The notes under the pieces are model-generated. The model was not told the DNA's origin. It did no database searches and saw nothing but the letters and a program-made list of their open reading frames with translations. DNA of 61,663 nucleotides, counting the filler, from Choristocarpus tenellus KU-1152 (lineage: Eukaryota; Protista; Phaeophyceae): NCBI GenBank assembly GCA_964200185.2. It is 6 parts of 6 records of this genome, joined end to end, with 100 filler letters (N's around TTAATTAATTAA, not from the genome) between each part and the next. Parts side by side here need not be neighbours in the genome. Positions count along the whole stretch, not along the records: positions 1 to 21,546 come from CAXNAD020000335.1; positions 21,647 to 38,045 come from CAXNAD020000833.1; 4 more parts are not named here. One strand, written 5' to 3'. The position numbers were made by a program, and so were the translations under genes. Below, piece after piece: positions 12,101 to 25,700 of this stretch. Every line of letters starts with the position of its first letter. The first letter of the stretch is position 1.

Positions 12101-15100
12101 TCCTGTTTAACAATGCAAGGATTGACAAGGATGGCGGCAATTGTAGCAGAAAATGGAGCAGAATCTGTTATTGAAAGCTTTTCAATGTCAGTCATCCGTA
12201 CATTCTATCAGTGACCCTCGGAATCCAGACAGTTTCATCGAATGACACAATGAGTGACTCAGTCCTTTCTTGCATTACTCAAAAGGTAGGCATTTCTTTT
12301 AGGAGTGATTACCCCAATGATTAGTGAAGTGAAGTCTACCACCAACAAAGAAATGTGGAATTAAGAATACTGAGAATAAATGCAAATACTATTAAAGCCT
12401 AACGGTATAATAAATTAGACAATAATTCCCCTAAAAATGAACCACCCAAAAATATTGATTTCTTCAATTTATATTTCTCTAAGCTCACCAAAGATCAACT
12501 AATATTTTCTTTTTTCAACATCAGATCAACTAATCTACAAGAAAGATTTCTTCGAGAAGAATAATATAAAGAAAATCATTTTCCGTCACAATAAGAAATT
12601 ATCGCTTCCCAACAGAGTATGCACATTCACTTAGCTTGAGGAGGAGGTGAAGTGATGAAGGTGGGATAGATGAACCAAACTAAGGGAAAAATTAAGGCGT
12701 ATATATGCATGGGGCAGGCTGATTACTACTAGTGTAACAGATAGTTGATAGTGTAGAAGAACTAGTGCAATGTATGCTGGAAATGACCGTCAAGGGACTA
12801 GGTAGGGCGGACGTAGTGGCGAATTTCCAGACTAATTGTGAGTAAATAATATACACACTCAGAAAATATTAAAATAGCATTTAACCCACAGTATTTCCCT
12901 CAAAAGCGTCAAAAAGAGTTGCCATTCATATTAAGGGACCTGCATCACTCACGACGCTGAAAAGTCTGTTCAATCAGGGGACATCAACTAGCTCTACCAC
13001 CTCAAACAACTGGCTTCCTTTGACTCTCAAATCAGATCTATCCCCAAAAAAATATAGCTGAAGTGGCGCTTTTTTACCATGTCAATTCCATAACATGGAC
13101 AGGCATGGGGCCAGCCATGTTTTTGTGCCAGACACATAATCAAGGAGAAGATTTGGTGCGTGTGTGTGATCTCCCCCATTCAACCTAACCCAAACCACAA
13201 CATCACATATTACTTGACCTCTCTTCTTACTATAACAGCAGCAAAAATGTTCCTCGCCAGTCTCTCATTATTCTCCCTCTGTTGGCTCATGTTTTCAAAA
13301 CTGGCATCATGTCGGCTACCCCTAACAGTGAAGTCAAAGAGTCTACAAGTATATGCGATTCATTGTCCTCACAACTTTAAAGTATACTTCAGGGATATTT
13401 AACTTTGGTTTGCACCTCATATCCTCCTCGTCGATCAATGTTCTTTAGCAGTCTGATACTGCTTGCCTCTCTGTTCGCACTCAATGTTCTCAGTGCGATG
13501 AGGTTCAACAATAACGTTGGTCTGTAGGTAATGGATTCGTGGAACCACGTCTGCGACACACTTCCTGCCACTCAAAGTGGGTCGCCATTATACGTTGATG
13601 TAGGTATGTATGGGGGTGAGGACATCCCATCATTGGACCTTCCGAATTGTGAAGACCGTTGTAGTTTGAGCTGGAGGAGACAAGCTACCAAAGGGGGGTA
13701 TATGGCCTGCACTCCAATTTGTTGTGTTTCCTGTATTTGCACACATCAGTGCCAGAGACGAACATGTGGCAAAGTTGCTCTTTCTTCAATTCTTTACTGG
13801 ATATCCCTCACAACAATATCTCTTGCATCGTTGGTCCTAGCTCCTCCCACTACTGGGCAAGTCATGTCTTCTTGGTTTGTTGACAGAGGTGCACCCGTCT
13901 TGTGAATTTCATGCATTTAAACGAGGCTGGTGCGACAATACTGTGGAGCAATAATCCTCTTAAGAACTCCTGTGCCTATCAACAAAAATAATCGGCTATA
14001 GCCGACTTTCTATGGACAGGTGGGGTATTCCAGGGTGTGATGATGTGAGTGGCGGGGCTGACTGGGGAGTTAGTACCTACTGTGCCTAGTAGCCACTGGA
14101 GCAAAGAAACAATGTGGGTTGCGTACCTGAGTAATCCCGTCCTTAAGGGTCAGTAACGGGGCAAAAGAAATGAAGGAAAATCTGCCAATCAGAAATCACG
14201 GTGCTTGGGCAGCAACAGGGGAAGTATAGAGGGGGGGGTTGTGTGGTCTGTAAATAAGGAAGAGATGAAGAATTATACCAGGTAGCAGACACAGTACTAC
14301 TTAAACTGCACCAGGAGGAGGAGGGGCACAGGGATGAGCTGTGCCGGGGTAGTAGGTTTGGGCTGTGGCAGGGGAGGGGCTGTGACTGCCTGTGCGATAG
14401 TTGATGATCGAGCTCAAACTATGTGTGTGTGACTGGCAGACATGGTTTTTTCGCCTGTACCAGGAGGAATCGGCAAATGGGGCTATTGTTCCTGGGCAGT
14501 AGGGATTTGCTGTTCCCGCGTAGAAAAGGTGGACTGTGACGGGGGGGTCCGTGACTGCATGTCCAAAATTTGACGATTGAGTTAAAGCGTACGTGATATG
14601 TACCTCCATCTGCGTAACTTTGACCCTTGAAAGCGGCTGAACAGGAAATTCAAAATGGTAAATGAACAGGCATCACAGGACAGGGTCCTTCCAGGCAACA
14701 TAAAAACAAATCACGTTCCTAGTCAACCATCCGCTGACCTCAAAAATGTTAGCAAAAAAGGGTTTGGAGTGTAGGTAGAATTGAAGGGGTGGCGTGTCTG
14801 ACGATAGTGTATGGCAGAAGATAACGAGATTCGGTCCATATAAAGTAGCTTACAAGTTCTTACTTCCCAAATCTCAAGCGCAGTAAGAGCTCTAATACAA
14901 CTGTATTCTCTAGTCCTCTCGACGTACAGCGATCCATCTATCATCACCCAATCAATCCATCACTACTACATACAACACACAACAACAACAAAACTAGGAC
15001 CATATCACACTTCCAGTGAGGAGGGGTATATTATAGTGTTTAGAACGAACAAAAATCGGAGGGGTATTGAAAGTCCTCATCTTCCTTCTTAGTTTCCTTC

Positions 15101-15111
15101 CCGATGACACC

Positions 15112-18100
15112 ATGCAACAACATTGGGGTTCCTTTGTGACACGGACATGGAGATGTCAAGCACTTCGTCGCCATCTGTCCACTTCATCGAAAAGGGTATT
15201 ACTCGCAAGGCACACTGGGATCAAAGTGGAACAAGGTGGCAATCTTAAGATACTTTGTCCAGAGCGCGTCGCTACCATCGAGATCACATCTGCATGGGCA
15301 GACCACTGTGATATCACAGTGTTCCGGATTGGGAGTAACAATATCCCAGCTGCTGAATCGCTCCCTGTTGGAGAATGCTCCTCCAGCGTGGAAACTGAGG
15401 ACATTACGTTTGACTTTGAGGGTGAATCTGGTAATGTCGTTGTTGCGATTGGTGAGGCAGACCAACGAGATAGCACCCGCGTCGAAGGCAAAAGCCTCGA
15501 AAATCGCCCTGCTTATCTCATCCAGGCCACTATCCCTCAGCTCTTCTCTGTCGAAACATGCGCGGGTTATGGGAGTTTCCAAATCACGAATAAACTGAAG
15601 GGATTCTGCAAGGTATGTCTAGACAGTGGTGACATAGAGGTGGGAACCGTGCGAGGAGAATGCATTGAGCTGTCTACAGGGGATGGGCGTGTCAATGCAA
15701 ATGAGCTCGAGGGGAACATCGAGATATATGCTAACAAGGTATGTGCATAACAAGAATATATATATATATATATATATATATATTGCTTTTGATTCCTACT
15801 CACAAAAGGGACGCAAGGAGTTGCTCAACACCGACCATTGCTCCTTTGTAAACCAAATCACTCACGTGCCAATTTCGGGATAACATAGGTTGACGCCAAG
15901 CTTGTCAACGGAGCAAGAGTTAGCATTAACTCCGCTGGACTGGGCTCGTGTGTGACACTGGGTGGGATCTACTCACCGGAAGCCATCATTGCTGCCGAGG
16001 GGGAGGTGGAGATCTCTTCATCTCATGGGGTTATTAATGTCGCTGGCGAGAACAGGAATGTCACATTATGGGGTGTCAACGGAGCTGCAGAGGTTTCAAC
16101 CGGTGGGTCTTGTGTTTGTGATCAGTTCAGTCAATGTGTCATGGGAAAATTGCTTTGCAAAGAGTCGTATCTGCAGTTTTCTATTCGCTGTAGTCTGAAA
16201 TCCCAATAATTGTTTTGTTATGATGCGCTGTCTGCAATATATGCAAGGTTTATTTAGAGACAGGAATAAATAGTCAGAAAAACTGCCAATTTTGGGTATA
16301 TCATTAGGTTACAGTAGGACGGTAAACACGAGGCGTTTGTGTTGAGATCTACTTGGTAGAGAGGTATCTGTTTTTATCAGTGAAGACTTGGATCAAGATG
16401 TAAGTTAGGAGAGAAAGGAGATGGGAGCCTTACACGAGTGTCTGTTGGCAGTGTGAAAGTTACATGGTTGTAGAACAGAAAAGTGAGACACCTTGGATGT
16501 ACTTTCGCCTTGTGTGTCTCCACTATTTCTAGTCTCCCTGCATATTCCTTGCTGCATGTATGTGATCATAGTGCATGATTCACTCTCTCTCACAACAATC
16601 AAAATAGAGAGTGTTGGTTTTGGTTGTTTATCACTGCAGTTTATGTCCAATCGATATGCTGGTATTACAGAAAGGATACTCCGACTATCAAGGCAGTATG
16701 GTCTTTTCTATGATTCAATCAACTACCAATCAGTCCAAAAGTACTCTGTGGTGACATCTCATGGACTACAGAAAAACATAGACTCACACATACAAAAGAG
16801 AAAACACTTTACGCAAGTCCTCTTTTTGGCAGTTTGTAGTTGAATTAGATAACTGTAGTGACGTTTGATCAGTGGACTTTGCTATTGTGACATTAATAAT
16901 TGACTTTTCAGAACTGTTTTAGCGACCAATTTTTGGTTGGAATGAATGCAGTAGCATCTTGTTTTTGTTTATAATTTTTCTGTGGGGAATAATTTTTATT
17001 GCATATCTTGAAATAAACATATTTTAATGAATTTGTTGCACTGTTGGTGTGTGATCCCAGGTGGTGGGGATATTTCTGTACACTTGGAGGAACTGGAGCC
17101 TGGGACCTGCAGTCAAATGAGGTAAGTGGGCGGATATCTTCCACCATATTATCATGGCTATAATTCCCACACCTCACGAGCTGTTTTGCTCTTTTATTTT
17201 CTTGGGACTGCATCATTATTTTATTTTTCCTCTAGTCCTCGGAGTGACTTTCAGACCCATGCGAAGTAGTTATCAATATGCCTTAAAATATAAAAAATAT
17301 GGGGGTGAAATTCAAGATCATTTGTTATTTTTTTGTGTGATAGTCAGCACATTCAAAGCTTTTCAAGACATCATGTAGTTTATGTTAACAATGATCTTTT
17401 TTGCATTTTTCATACAAAAAACTTCCAGTTCTAGTACTCCAAATGAATGAATCGATCCTCATTTGGAACTTCTTGATATATTTTTGGTGACAATGCAATA
17501 ATTTGAAGTATGAGGAGTGCCCTCAATTCATTTAATTTTTTCAAGGGCAACAATTAGTTCGGCTTAAGATGGATCTGGAGCATGATTCGATGTTTGTTAG
17601 TAGTCAACATATTGATACCTATTCTTAGTTACTCACCTTGAAACAAATGTTAGGTCTATCATACATGTGTTTTCATGCCAAGAGTTTTTGTTTTTTTAAA
17701 AGGGAAGTGAAGTGGTTACATATTCCTCTAATAAAATGTACAAAAATCAACAAAAGAAGTTCGCCTTTATGCTGGATCACTCCATTACTTACTTCTATGT
17801 TTGAAGTGAGTGAATCAACTGAGAATCAACACGGACACCACCATGCATGCTTAAATTTATAAAACCACAAGAGGGTAATGATGCAACTGAAACATGCTTT
17901 TGATTGATGGCATGGTTTTGCATGGCATGTGATTTTTGGTAGATATTATTGGGTTTGAATGGAAACTGTTTTTGTGCTTTCATCACTCCAATTTGTGTTA
18001 CTTCCCTGTTGCCTTGTTCCATAAGGCATGAGGCTAGCCCCTACTCATTAGGGCACCAACTTCCCTTTTCCATGTGGGGTCCATGACTGCCTTTCAACAC

Positions 18101-18850
18101 TAAAACGTCGAAATATATTTGTTGGGGATTGCCCCATGATATTTGTTTTTGTTGCACTTCCTCGCATTTCATTTGCTGACAACAATTTTGATAGACTGTT
18201 GGGATTCTAGCCATTTGTAATAGAAGCCTTCCAAAGTTGCTTCAACTGTCTTTGTTCACAGGGGTATTAAGAGGAGACCAATGAACATTTACAGATAATT
18301 GGTACATCACACTTGTGATGAGTACTACTCTATGTCTTAGGGTGTAACTACATCACACGAATCAAGAAGTTTGGTAGCCATTGACATGCCTTCATTGTCT
18401 TCCTATACATACTCTAGGGAAGTTTTCCTCCTTACCCTGTTGATACTCTTCCACATTTCATATTTGTTGGTTACTTTTTTTTTTTGTAGATCATGTTTGG
18501 GAAACATATCTGTGTCAGTGTCTCCAGAAGTGGAGGCAGATGTGGATATTACAGGAACCATCAAGAAACTCACTGAATCCTTTCTGGGACAAGCCCAGGG
18601 CAACAGGGCATTGGGGAAGACAATGAGGCAGTCGGAGGCCAGTGTGGGAAACAACAGGAGCAGGGCAACTAGCATGGGAAAGATTAACCTTCTGGGTGCT
18701 CGAGAGCAGTCCCTGCAGAACTTCATAAAGGAGCAACGTCACAATCAGGTTGCTCTTCCCGGGGTGATGCTTGCAACGGAGAAAGGATCCGTCTCATTGG
18801 AGACACTTGGATGGGCAGACATGATTAGGAGAAAATGTGGTTTGGCCTAG
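15112..18850 (+). CDS. DUF4097/FAM185A-like beta-strand-repeat protein, probably mitochondrial; join(15112..15738,15889..16102,17061..17121,18490..18850), 420 aa
   Basis: GT-AG introns with matching phases 0/1/2. Repeated SGDIEVGTVRGE-IELSTGDGRV / STGGGDISVHL / GNISVSVSP motifs; Arg/Ser-rich acid-free N-terminus (RRHLSTSS); C-terminal SLETLGWADMIRRK. Confidence 0.8.
15756..15783. repeat. (AT)n microsatellite in intron 1
   Basis: Direct. Confidence 0.95.
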
Positions 18851-19595
18851 TGGACTTGATATTCTGCTTTATGTGTACCAATAGTAGTGGACATGTATCT
18901 CATCTCCCTGAAGGTGTGCACCACTGTTGCTAGGTCGCGATATTGACCATACTTCTCTCCATGTTTTAAGAAATATTGGATCTTGGAGTTGAATTTTCTT
19001 CTGTTCTGTGAGACAGGAACCGTTGAACCTTTGAAGGATTTCGCACATTGGATGAATAAGTTACAGCTTTATAGATCTGCTATTTTTGGGAAGATTGCAT
19101 GTAGAAGCTATTTTGTATCCAAGGGTATGCAGGTCACACAGTGGTCGGACCAGCACACATAGAGTCCATTGTCCGACACGTAGCCCTTTAAAGGAGTTCT
19201 ACTCCAAGACCTACAAAGTTCTCGAGGTTGTGTGCATTACTTCAGGAGCGTGGTACTATTGAAAGGAGACACAATGTTTATATATTTTTTAGTGTGGGTG
19301 GCACCAGGAATGCAGGAAGGTACGTTACCAATATCACACCGTGACCTTTTGAATAAAATGCAGCACCTACTTGTGTGCATCCAAAATGACACATTGGGGC
19401 TTATAAGGAAGCACACACAGAGTGAGGAGAGCAAGACATGTATTGTTAAGAGATGCGTTCCACTTGTGAAACAATGGGTGTGTCACCACCAGACAGGGTT
19501 GGAGTGACTAGCACTATCGTGGAGGAAGATCTATTGAAATACTTTTTTACAACAATCACACTTTGAACATTCTCAAGGATTAGGTTCCATTACGA

Positions 19596-20309
19596 TCATG
19601 CCATCTTATCCCCCCGGTATTGTCCCCCATACCCCTTTGGTCGAACTTCTCCCCTTCCCCGTTTCAATTTACGAGATGAACGAGTTTCATCTTCGATATC
19701 CTCTTTACTGTGGCGTTTTCGCCTATCTTTCCTCTCCTTCTTCCTCTTCTTTTCTTTGGGCGATCTCACATTACGTGTGGGTACACAACCTACTACTTCA
19801 TCACTCCCAACCACGCTCACAACTGAACGCTGGCGTTTCCCTCTCAAAGATTCCTTGTCATAACTCTCCCCTTCAGTGCCTGTCGCTTGAGCCCTAAATT
19901 CTTTGCGATCTTTGCGTTCAGTCAGTGTGAGATTGGTAGGTGACTGCTGGCGAGGTATTTCTCTTGGAAAGTGTTTAGGTCCTCTACCTCCTCCCAGGCT
20001 GTTCACCGGGATCTCTTCCGTGCTTCTGTCCCCCACGTTTTTCCGTCGCCCATTCATAGCACGTTGGACACGTTCTTTTGCCTCTTCTTGTACGCGATGC
20101 TGGCGCCAGCAGTCCTCTTCCTCCTCTCTTCTGTTGTGGGACTTCAAACCCATCATAGTGTTGAGGAGGAAAGTCTTATTTACACCACTAGGCCCGATCG
20201 GCACAGCAGGTCTCGGTTTCGATACGCCACCGCGAGTCTGAAATATAGATGGCGCAAAGACATCAGGGGAGGGTACCTTACCCATTGCTCGCCTCACACG
20301 TTCATCCAT
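19596..20309 (-). CDS. Intronless basic nuclear protein, POLR1D-isoform-2-like family (alternative start 20369)
   Basis: Open ORF; motif GVNKTFLLNTMMGLKSHN resembles the recalled NKRFLxNTI..SH motif of that family; Lys/Arg-rich C-terminus. Confidence 0.6.
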   Translation of the reverse strand: MDERVRRAMGKVPSPDVFAPSIFQTRGGVSKPRPAVPIGPSGVNKTFLLNTMMGLKSHNRREEEEDCWRQHRVQEEAKERVQRAMNGRRKNVGDRSTEEIPVNSLGGGRGPKHFPREIPRQQSPTNLTLTERKDRKEFRAQATGTEGESYDKESLRGKRQRSVVSVVGSDEVVGCVPTRNVRSPKEKKRKKERKDRRKRHSKEDIEDETRSSRKLKRGRGEVRPKGYGGQYRGDKMA

Positions 20310-21546
20310 TTCTAGTCTGAGCAGTTGTTGCGTAAATGGTGTAAGTTGTGGGATACAAAAACGTAACATATCGATCGCCTTATGTATTTCGCATTACCCT
20401 AACCCTAATTCAAATATTCCATGAACCTTCCTGAACCAGTCTATTGATATATCAACATGTATCACTACCCTACCCCAACTTCATTGTTTCTCGAGATGTC
20501 GGAGAAAGACTGTCCTGGGGGGAATACTGGTGAGGCACCCGTACTTTCTTTCTTCCTTATAAAAATGAAAAATGAATGAGGAGTCGACATTGGCAATCAA
20601 GCGTAAGTCTTGTCCCAGTTTAAAGAGAATTTGTTGAAGAGTTCATAGTTCGAGGTCAGGGGTCGTAACAAGTTGTGGAGGACTTCAGTCTGAGCTGTGG
20701 TATCGATAGATGTGCTTCCGCTAAGAATTTTGATCTATTGATGAAAAAACCTCCCTTGAACCATAATCCTATTAATGGTGCTTATGTTGCCACGATGACT
20801 TCTACTTCAGTTCTGTCGAAAGATGTCACAGTTCAACAATTACTAAACTCCAAAATAGGGTCTTTCGACTCACTAAAAATCAAAGGGAATCGTGCATGAG
20901 CCCCCCTGCTTAACCGTGGGAGAAAATATATCAGGCATCGTAACAGTGAGTGTTCATATTGCCCACGTTCCCTTCTCTGCCAAACTATGATGATCAGATC
21001 AACAATCCTTGAAACAGGGGGTGAGCGAGGGGGTAATACAACGGCACAGAACAATTCGCCTACGACCGAGAAGTTACGAAGTCCCAAAACTCGGTGAACT
21101 TTGGTGAGGGAGTGGATTTGTGGTTTACAAACTATAGAGCTGTACTTCTGGATCGCATTTTATGCTAGTAACTAACATGTGTAGGGTCTCGTATTGATGT
21201 GTGTTAGTCATTTTTCAAACTGGTTCTCATTCATCCTGGGGGATTCTACTGGTAGAGTTTTTGTAATACACATCCACATCCCCTCTTGGGATAAATGATT
21301 GGTAATTCGGTATACAACCCTCGTCTAAAGCATGTTGTTCTCTACCAGTCGATCACTCGGTATTGATTATCAATTGAAGGACCTACACGGCAATGAATAC
21401 AATGCGCCAAATCTAGGTTTACCAATAACCTCGCATCTGCAACAGTGGCATGTCATACTTTTAGACCTACCGCACCTTTGTATCTCCCCCCCCCCCCCTG
21501 CTCCTTTCTTTTTCCAAACTTTTTCTTTCTTGCAGCCTTTGTGTCC

Positions 21547-21646
21547 NNNNNNNNNNNNNNNNNNNNNNNNNNNNNNNNNNNNNNNNNNNNTTAATTAATT
21601 AANNNNNNNNNNNNNNNNNNNNNNNNNNNNNNNNNNNNNNNNNNNN
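21547..21646. other. Artificial contig linker N44-TTAATTAATTAA-N44 (also 38046..38145, 45528..45627, 55518..55617, 58666..58765; separate N10 gap 47115..47124)
   Basis: Identical 100-nt spacer with all-frame stop palindrome, repeated five times. Confidence 0.97.
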
Positions 21647-21726
21647 GTTATAAAAGACCCCATGGGAAGGCAAGCCCCAAATGGACAAAAAGGGCAAAAC
21701 TCGTACCCTCTAAGATACTTTCACTC
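21647..21726 (+). mobile_element. MITE subfamily A right end (cut by gap)
   Basis: ...AAAACTCGTACCCTCTAAGATACTTTCACTC. Confidence 0.85.
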
Positions 21727-21873
21727 CATACATGGGGCATGGCTCTTGTTGCATTGCATTTCAATGCCAGACATTGCAAATCCTAATTTTGAGTTACCTT
21801 CATATCACATTTTGTACATCTGTGGTCAGATCAAAGTGGATTCTTGAGGTGCTACTCTGGATATGGTAGTGGT

Positions 21874-22135
21874 GACCCAAAGCATTCAAGAGGGTAAGGG
21901 TTTTGCCCTGCTTGTCCGATCGGGGCTTGGCTTCCCACAGGTTTTTGGTGCCTTTTTATGGTTTTCTGTGTGAACACAGTAGTTACCTAAAATGTGTACG
22001 ACTATGAAAGGTGTTTCCGGAGCAAGGATCTTTATACTTGCTAACAAACTCAGTAACCAAAATGAATCAAAATCGCAACATTGGATTTATGACCCTGAAT
22101 GGACGCAATCCCATCCTCTTAAATGCTTCGGCTTC
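21874..22135 (-). mobile_element. MITE subfamily A2 copy, TSD GGT/GAT
   Basis: Reverse-complement homologue of the 8877 copy. Confidence 0.85.
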
Positions 22136-22792
22136 GATAAGTTTTTTGAAATTCATGCAAGAATATTGGTTTGGTGCTTTGGGGCGTTTCATTGCCCTAT
22201 TTGCTTTCACTGGGATGATATCACTGTGTTAGACGCACACACAGAAGCACTTATGCACCAAATAAAAGAGTGCATGCTCCACAAGTGCCAAGGCGTGTAA
22301 ATGAGAACATAGGGACTTTCCTACTCCTCCAGGCATCTGAGCTTTAGTAGTAAGCTACTTTTTTTAATGCACCTTTCCTTCAACAAAACTTTCCCGACTC
22401 ATGAGTCTCAATCAAAGAGCCTGCCTCACCACCTCTGCCAGAGGGATTAAAATAAGTACGCATTGAACAACAGTGTACATGCCATACCCCACGCCCTTCA
22501 TTCCATATCAAGAATTGAAATTTACACTCCATCGACCCCAGGTATGACTGTGACTATCTAACTGGCAATACAGAACACCAACTGCAAAGAAATAACTTTG
22601 CTCCTCCATCCCATCCATAGGATCATCTCACCTATCCTAACCAGCTAATAGATCATCGTTCAAGCAATTATCACTACACTTTCACTTCATTTTCTATCTT
22701 ACTACAATATAGCGCCACAGCAATGGTCGATCCTGAAGTAAACTCCCTAAGCAGGCACTCACCTGTGCCCCCACATGCACCCCTGCGAGAAG

Positions 22793-25700
22793 GTGTTTCG
22801 GGGTACGTCAAACGCTGGACCCCCACTCGATGTCTGGTCGGTGGGTGTGATACTGTTTGCTTTGCTTTGCGGCCACCTCCCCTTTGAGGGGACTGACCTA
22901 CTCGGCCACAGTCGACCTCGGGACAGCGTGATCCGGAAACGAATAATGCAGTGCCGCTACAAGACTGATGAGTCTGTCTCCCCTGAGGCGAAGGCAAGAA
23001 ACGGAGGGGGAGAGAGGGTTGTACTGCAGGGGGAGAGAGGGTTGTACTGCAGGGGCCGAAGGAATGAGAACTTGCCGTGGGGAATGTATGGGGCATGTAG
23101 GAAAAGGTCTTTGATTCAGCGGGAGGGCTTGGGACCTACATTCGCTGCCACGTTTTTCCAGATGCAGAATCATGGGTTCTTACGGATGAAACCGTCACCC
23201 GGGGTCGGATGCATATGTTTCTAGTGCGCATTGATGCACGTTCCATCTGATCAGATGCTTGTTTTTTAAAAGAATGGTGCCCTGTCTCCTTTGGCAAAGT
23301 ACATGGACCAGTCGGCGGCGTAAGGATAGAAAATTAGGCAATAGCGATAGTGGTTCGTTTCTTCCGACGCCAAAATGTCCCTGCCAGCCAAACTGACCAA
23401 TCACTTCCAACTCTTGCTCCTCGCCTTGTTAAAGAGCATTTCTTCCATCGGTCCCTCTCAGTTGCCCAGTTGCCCAGTTGCCCAGCTGCCCCTCCGTGGT
23501 AACACTCAAGCCGTGTGGTCATGTGCCGCCCCTGCGTTGACCACACAGGACCTTCTTCGGAGGATGCTTAAGCTGGATCCCACGGAAAGAACTTCTATTC
23601 CAGAGATTTTCAACCATTGCTGGTTGCGAATCAGGAACATCACTAGCCTGGACCTCCAGGTAGGTGTCACTGAGGACACCTTTATAGCACCGAATAATTT
23701 TGACACAACTGTAAGCGAATCATTTTCTCTTTTTGCGTTTGTTCATGCGACACAACATGTCGTTGAGCCAAAGTAAACGAGAGGTATCCAGGTTTTGACC
23801 GTTTTGCATTTTAAGCCGCTTCATTCGATCTTTTTTCTAATTCGCCCATATTTCTATGGATGAAGTGCTGATTTAGTTTGACCCGAGAGTGCTGATTTCC
23901 CTATTGTGTTGAAAATTTTCAACACAATTTAGGAAACATCCTGTGTTTGTGTGTGTAAAAAAGGGTTAAGTTTTTTTTCTAACTCATTTGTCAGTATCCT
24001 TATAATGCAACTCTGGGTACCCTCTCGTTTACTTCCGCTTGTTGCCACACAAAAAAGACCCCATGTAGGTATCGCCAGAGATGATGCCCTACTACTGTGC
24101 TTCACGATGGGCCGTTACTGGAATTTTTTTCCTTGGCATTGGAGCAGCCTGCTTCCGTCGAGTGCAAATCAACAGTTTTTTGTGTGTTCCATAGCCTAAG
24201 GCGTGTTCCGACATGCATCATAGCACCACTCGTCAATAAGTAGGAAGATAATCTCTGCCTGATTGTCTCCTCATGAAAGAGGGTTGGAAACCAAGCATCT
24301 TTGGTAACAGGCTCACTGGAAAACCGGGCACTCTTAACTATTGCCGCCACAAAAAAGATGTTGGTACAGTAGCTAGATGATTGAACAGATTGAAATTGTC
24401 CAAAAATAGGTATAATACCATCATACATCACACACCAAAACCACACAATTTCCCCATCATTATGCCATTCCGATTTTCAACCTACCTCACGCTTCCAATG
24501 CTAAGTGGCACCGGCTCCTCACTAGACAAATGTGGACAGCACTTAATAGGAAATTGCAACGATTTATTAGTGTAGGCATCGTTAAAAAGGTACACGGCTT
24601 TATACCGGACCAGGCAACTGTGACGGCATTGGACCATGGACCAGCCTAGGACGAATGTATCCAACAGGGCCGGTCCAAGGCCTTAGGGATTTTATTGGGG
24701 CCGGTCTGCGGACAGGCATGGAAAATATATGTGTGACAGGGCTGGACCGAGGTAATCAATGTCATTTATGGAACCAGGCCACGAACCAGCCCAATAAAGA
24801 TGTATTTTGACAAAACTGAGCTGGGCATCAGGTTGGTTGGACCTCGTTGGCCAGTTTGTACATGATCATTTTAATATTTTGTATATTTATGCATTTTTCT
24901 AATCATATTTGATATAGTTCAATGCTCTGAGCATCTGCTATGCAGTAAACGCTTCGAGCTTACATTGTGGACCTACTTTTTATGAGTAAAACAGTATGAA
25001 GTTTAAAGGGAACTAATTTTGACAGACTTGACCCTCTTCCCAATGGTGCCTACCTGCTGAATAGAGAGTTTCTGAAATGGGGACGGCCCAGGTAAGATTA
25101 ATTGGAACTGGACAGAGCCAGGGCCTTCAGAAATGAAATGGGCCTGTCCGGAGTAAGGCCTTCGAAAGGGAGGTGGAGTGTAGTTCTGCATCCAGTACTA
25201 TTTTATGGTAGAGTTTTTGAAGTTGATACATTACTGTTATAGGGATGGCCTTGGACTCGTGTTGCTAGTAAGGATGCAATACCCCAAATTATTGGTGTTA
25301 CTGCGCCGCCACCGTAACCCTCAGCAATATTATTTTTATGTTGTTGTAAGTGGTAGTAGTATTAATATAAAGATGGCTCAAAGTATCTGGGGGGGCTGGG
25401 GGGAGGTGTTCTACACCAGGGTGTCCATTCAAGCCCTGACCAGGACAAGTGAACTTACATTATCCATCCGACACATGCAAACAAATCACCCAAAAATCAT
25501 GACATGGAAAAATTGTCCCCGAATGGACAGCCGCCGCCACCTCCCCCCCCCCCCCACATACTCTGATTCAGATCCCAAATTAATCCGTGGTCGGAAAGGT
25601 AGTCCAAAGAAGGCAATATGTACTGCTTGAGAAAGAGCAATAAGGAACAAAAAAGAAAAATTAATGCAGCCAAACAAAATAAAAAAAAGGAAAGGGGGGG

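Noticed and set aside
20675-21096. Open frame continuing through TGA at 20897-20899 as possible selenocysteine or readthrough
   Set aside because: No redox motif or recognisable selenoprotein family and no SECIS identified; more simply 5' UTR or chance.
21591-21602. TTAATTAATTAA palindrome recurring five times
   Set aside because: Always centred in N runs; an artificial linker, not biology.
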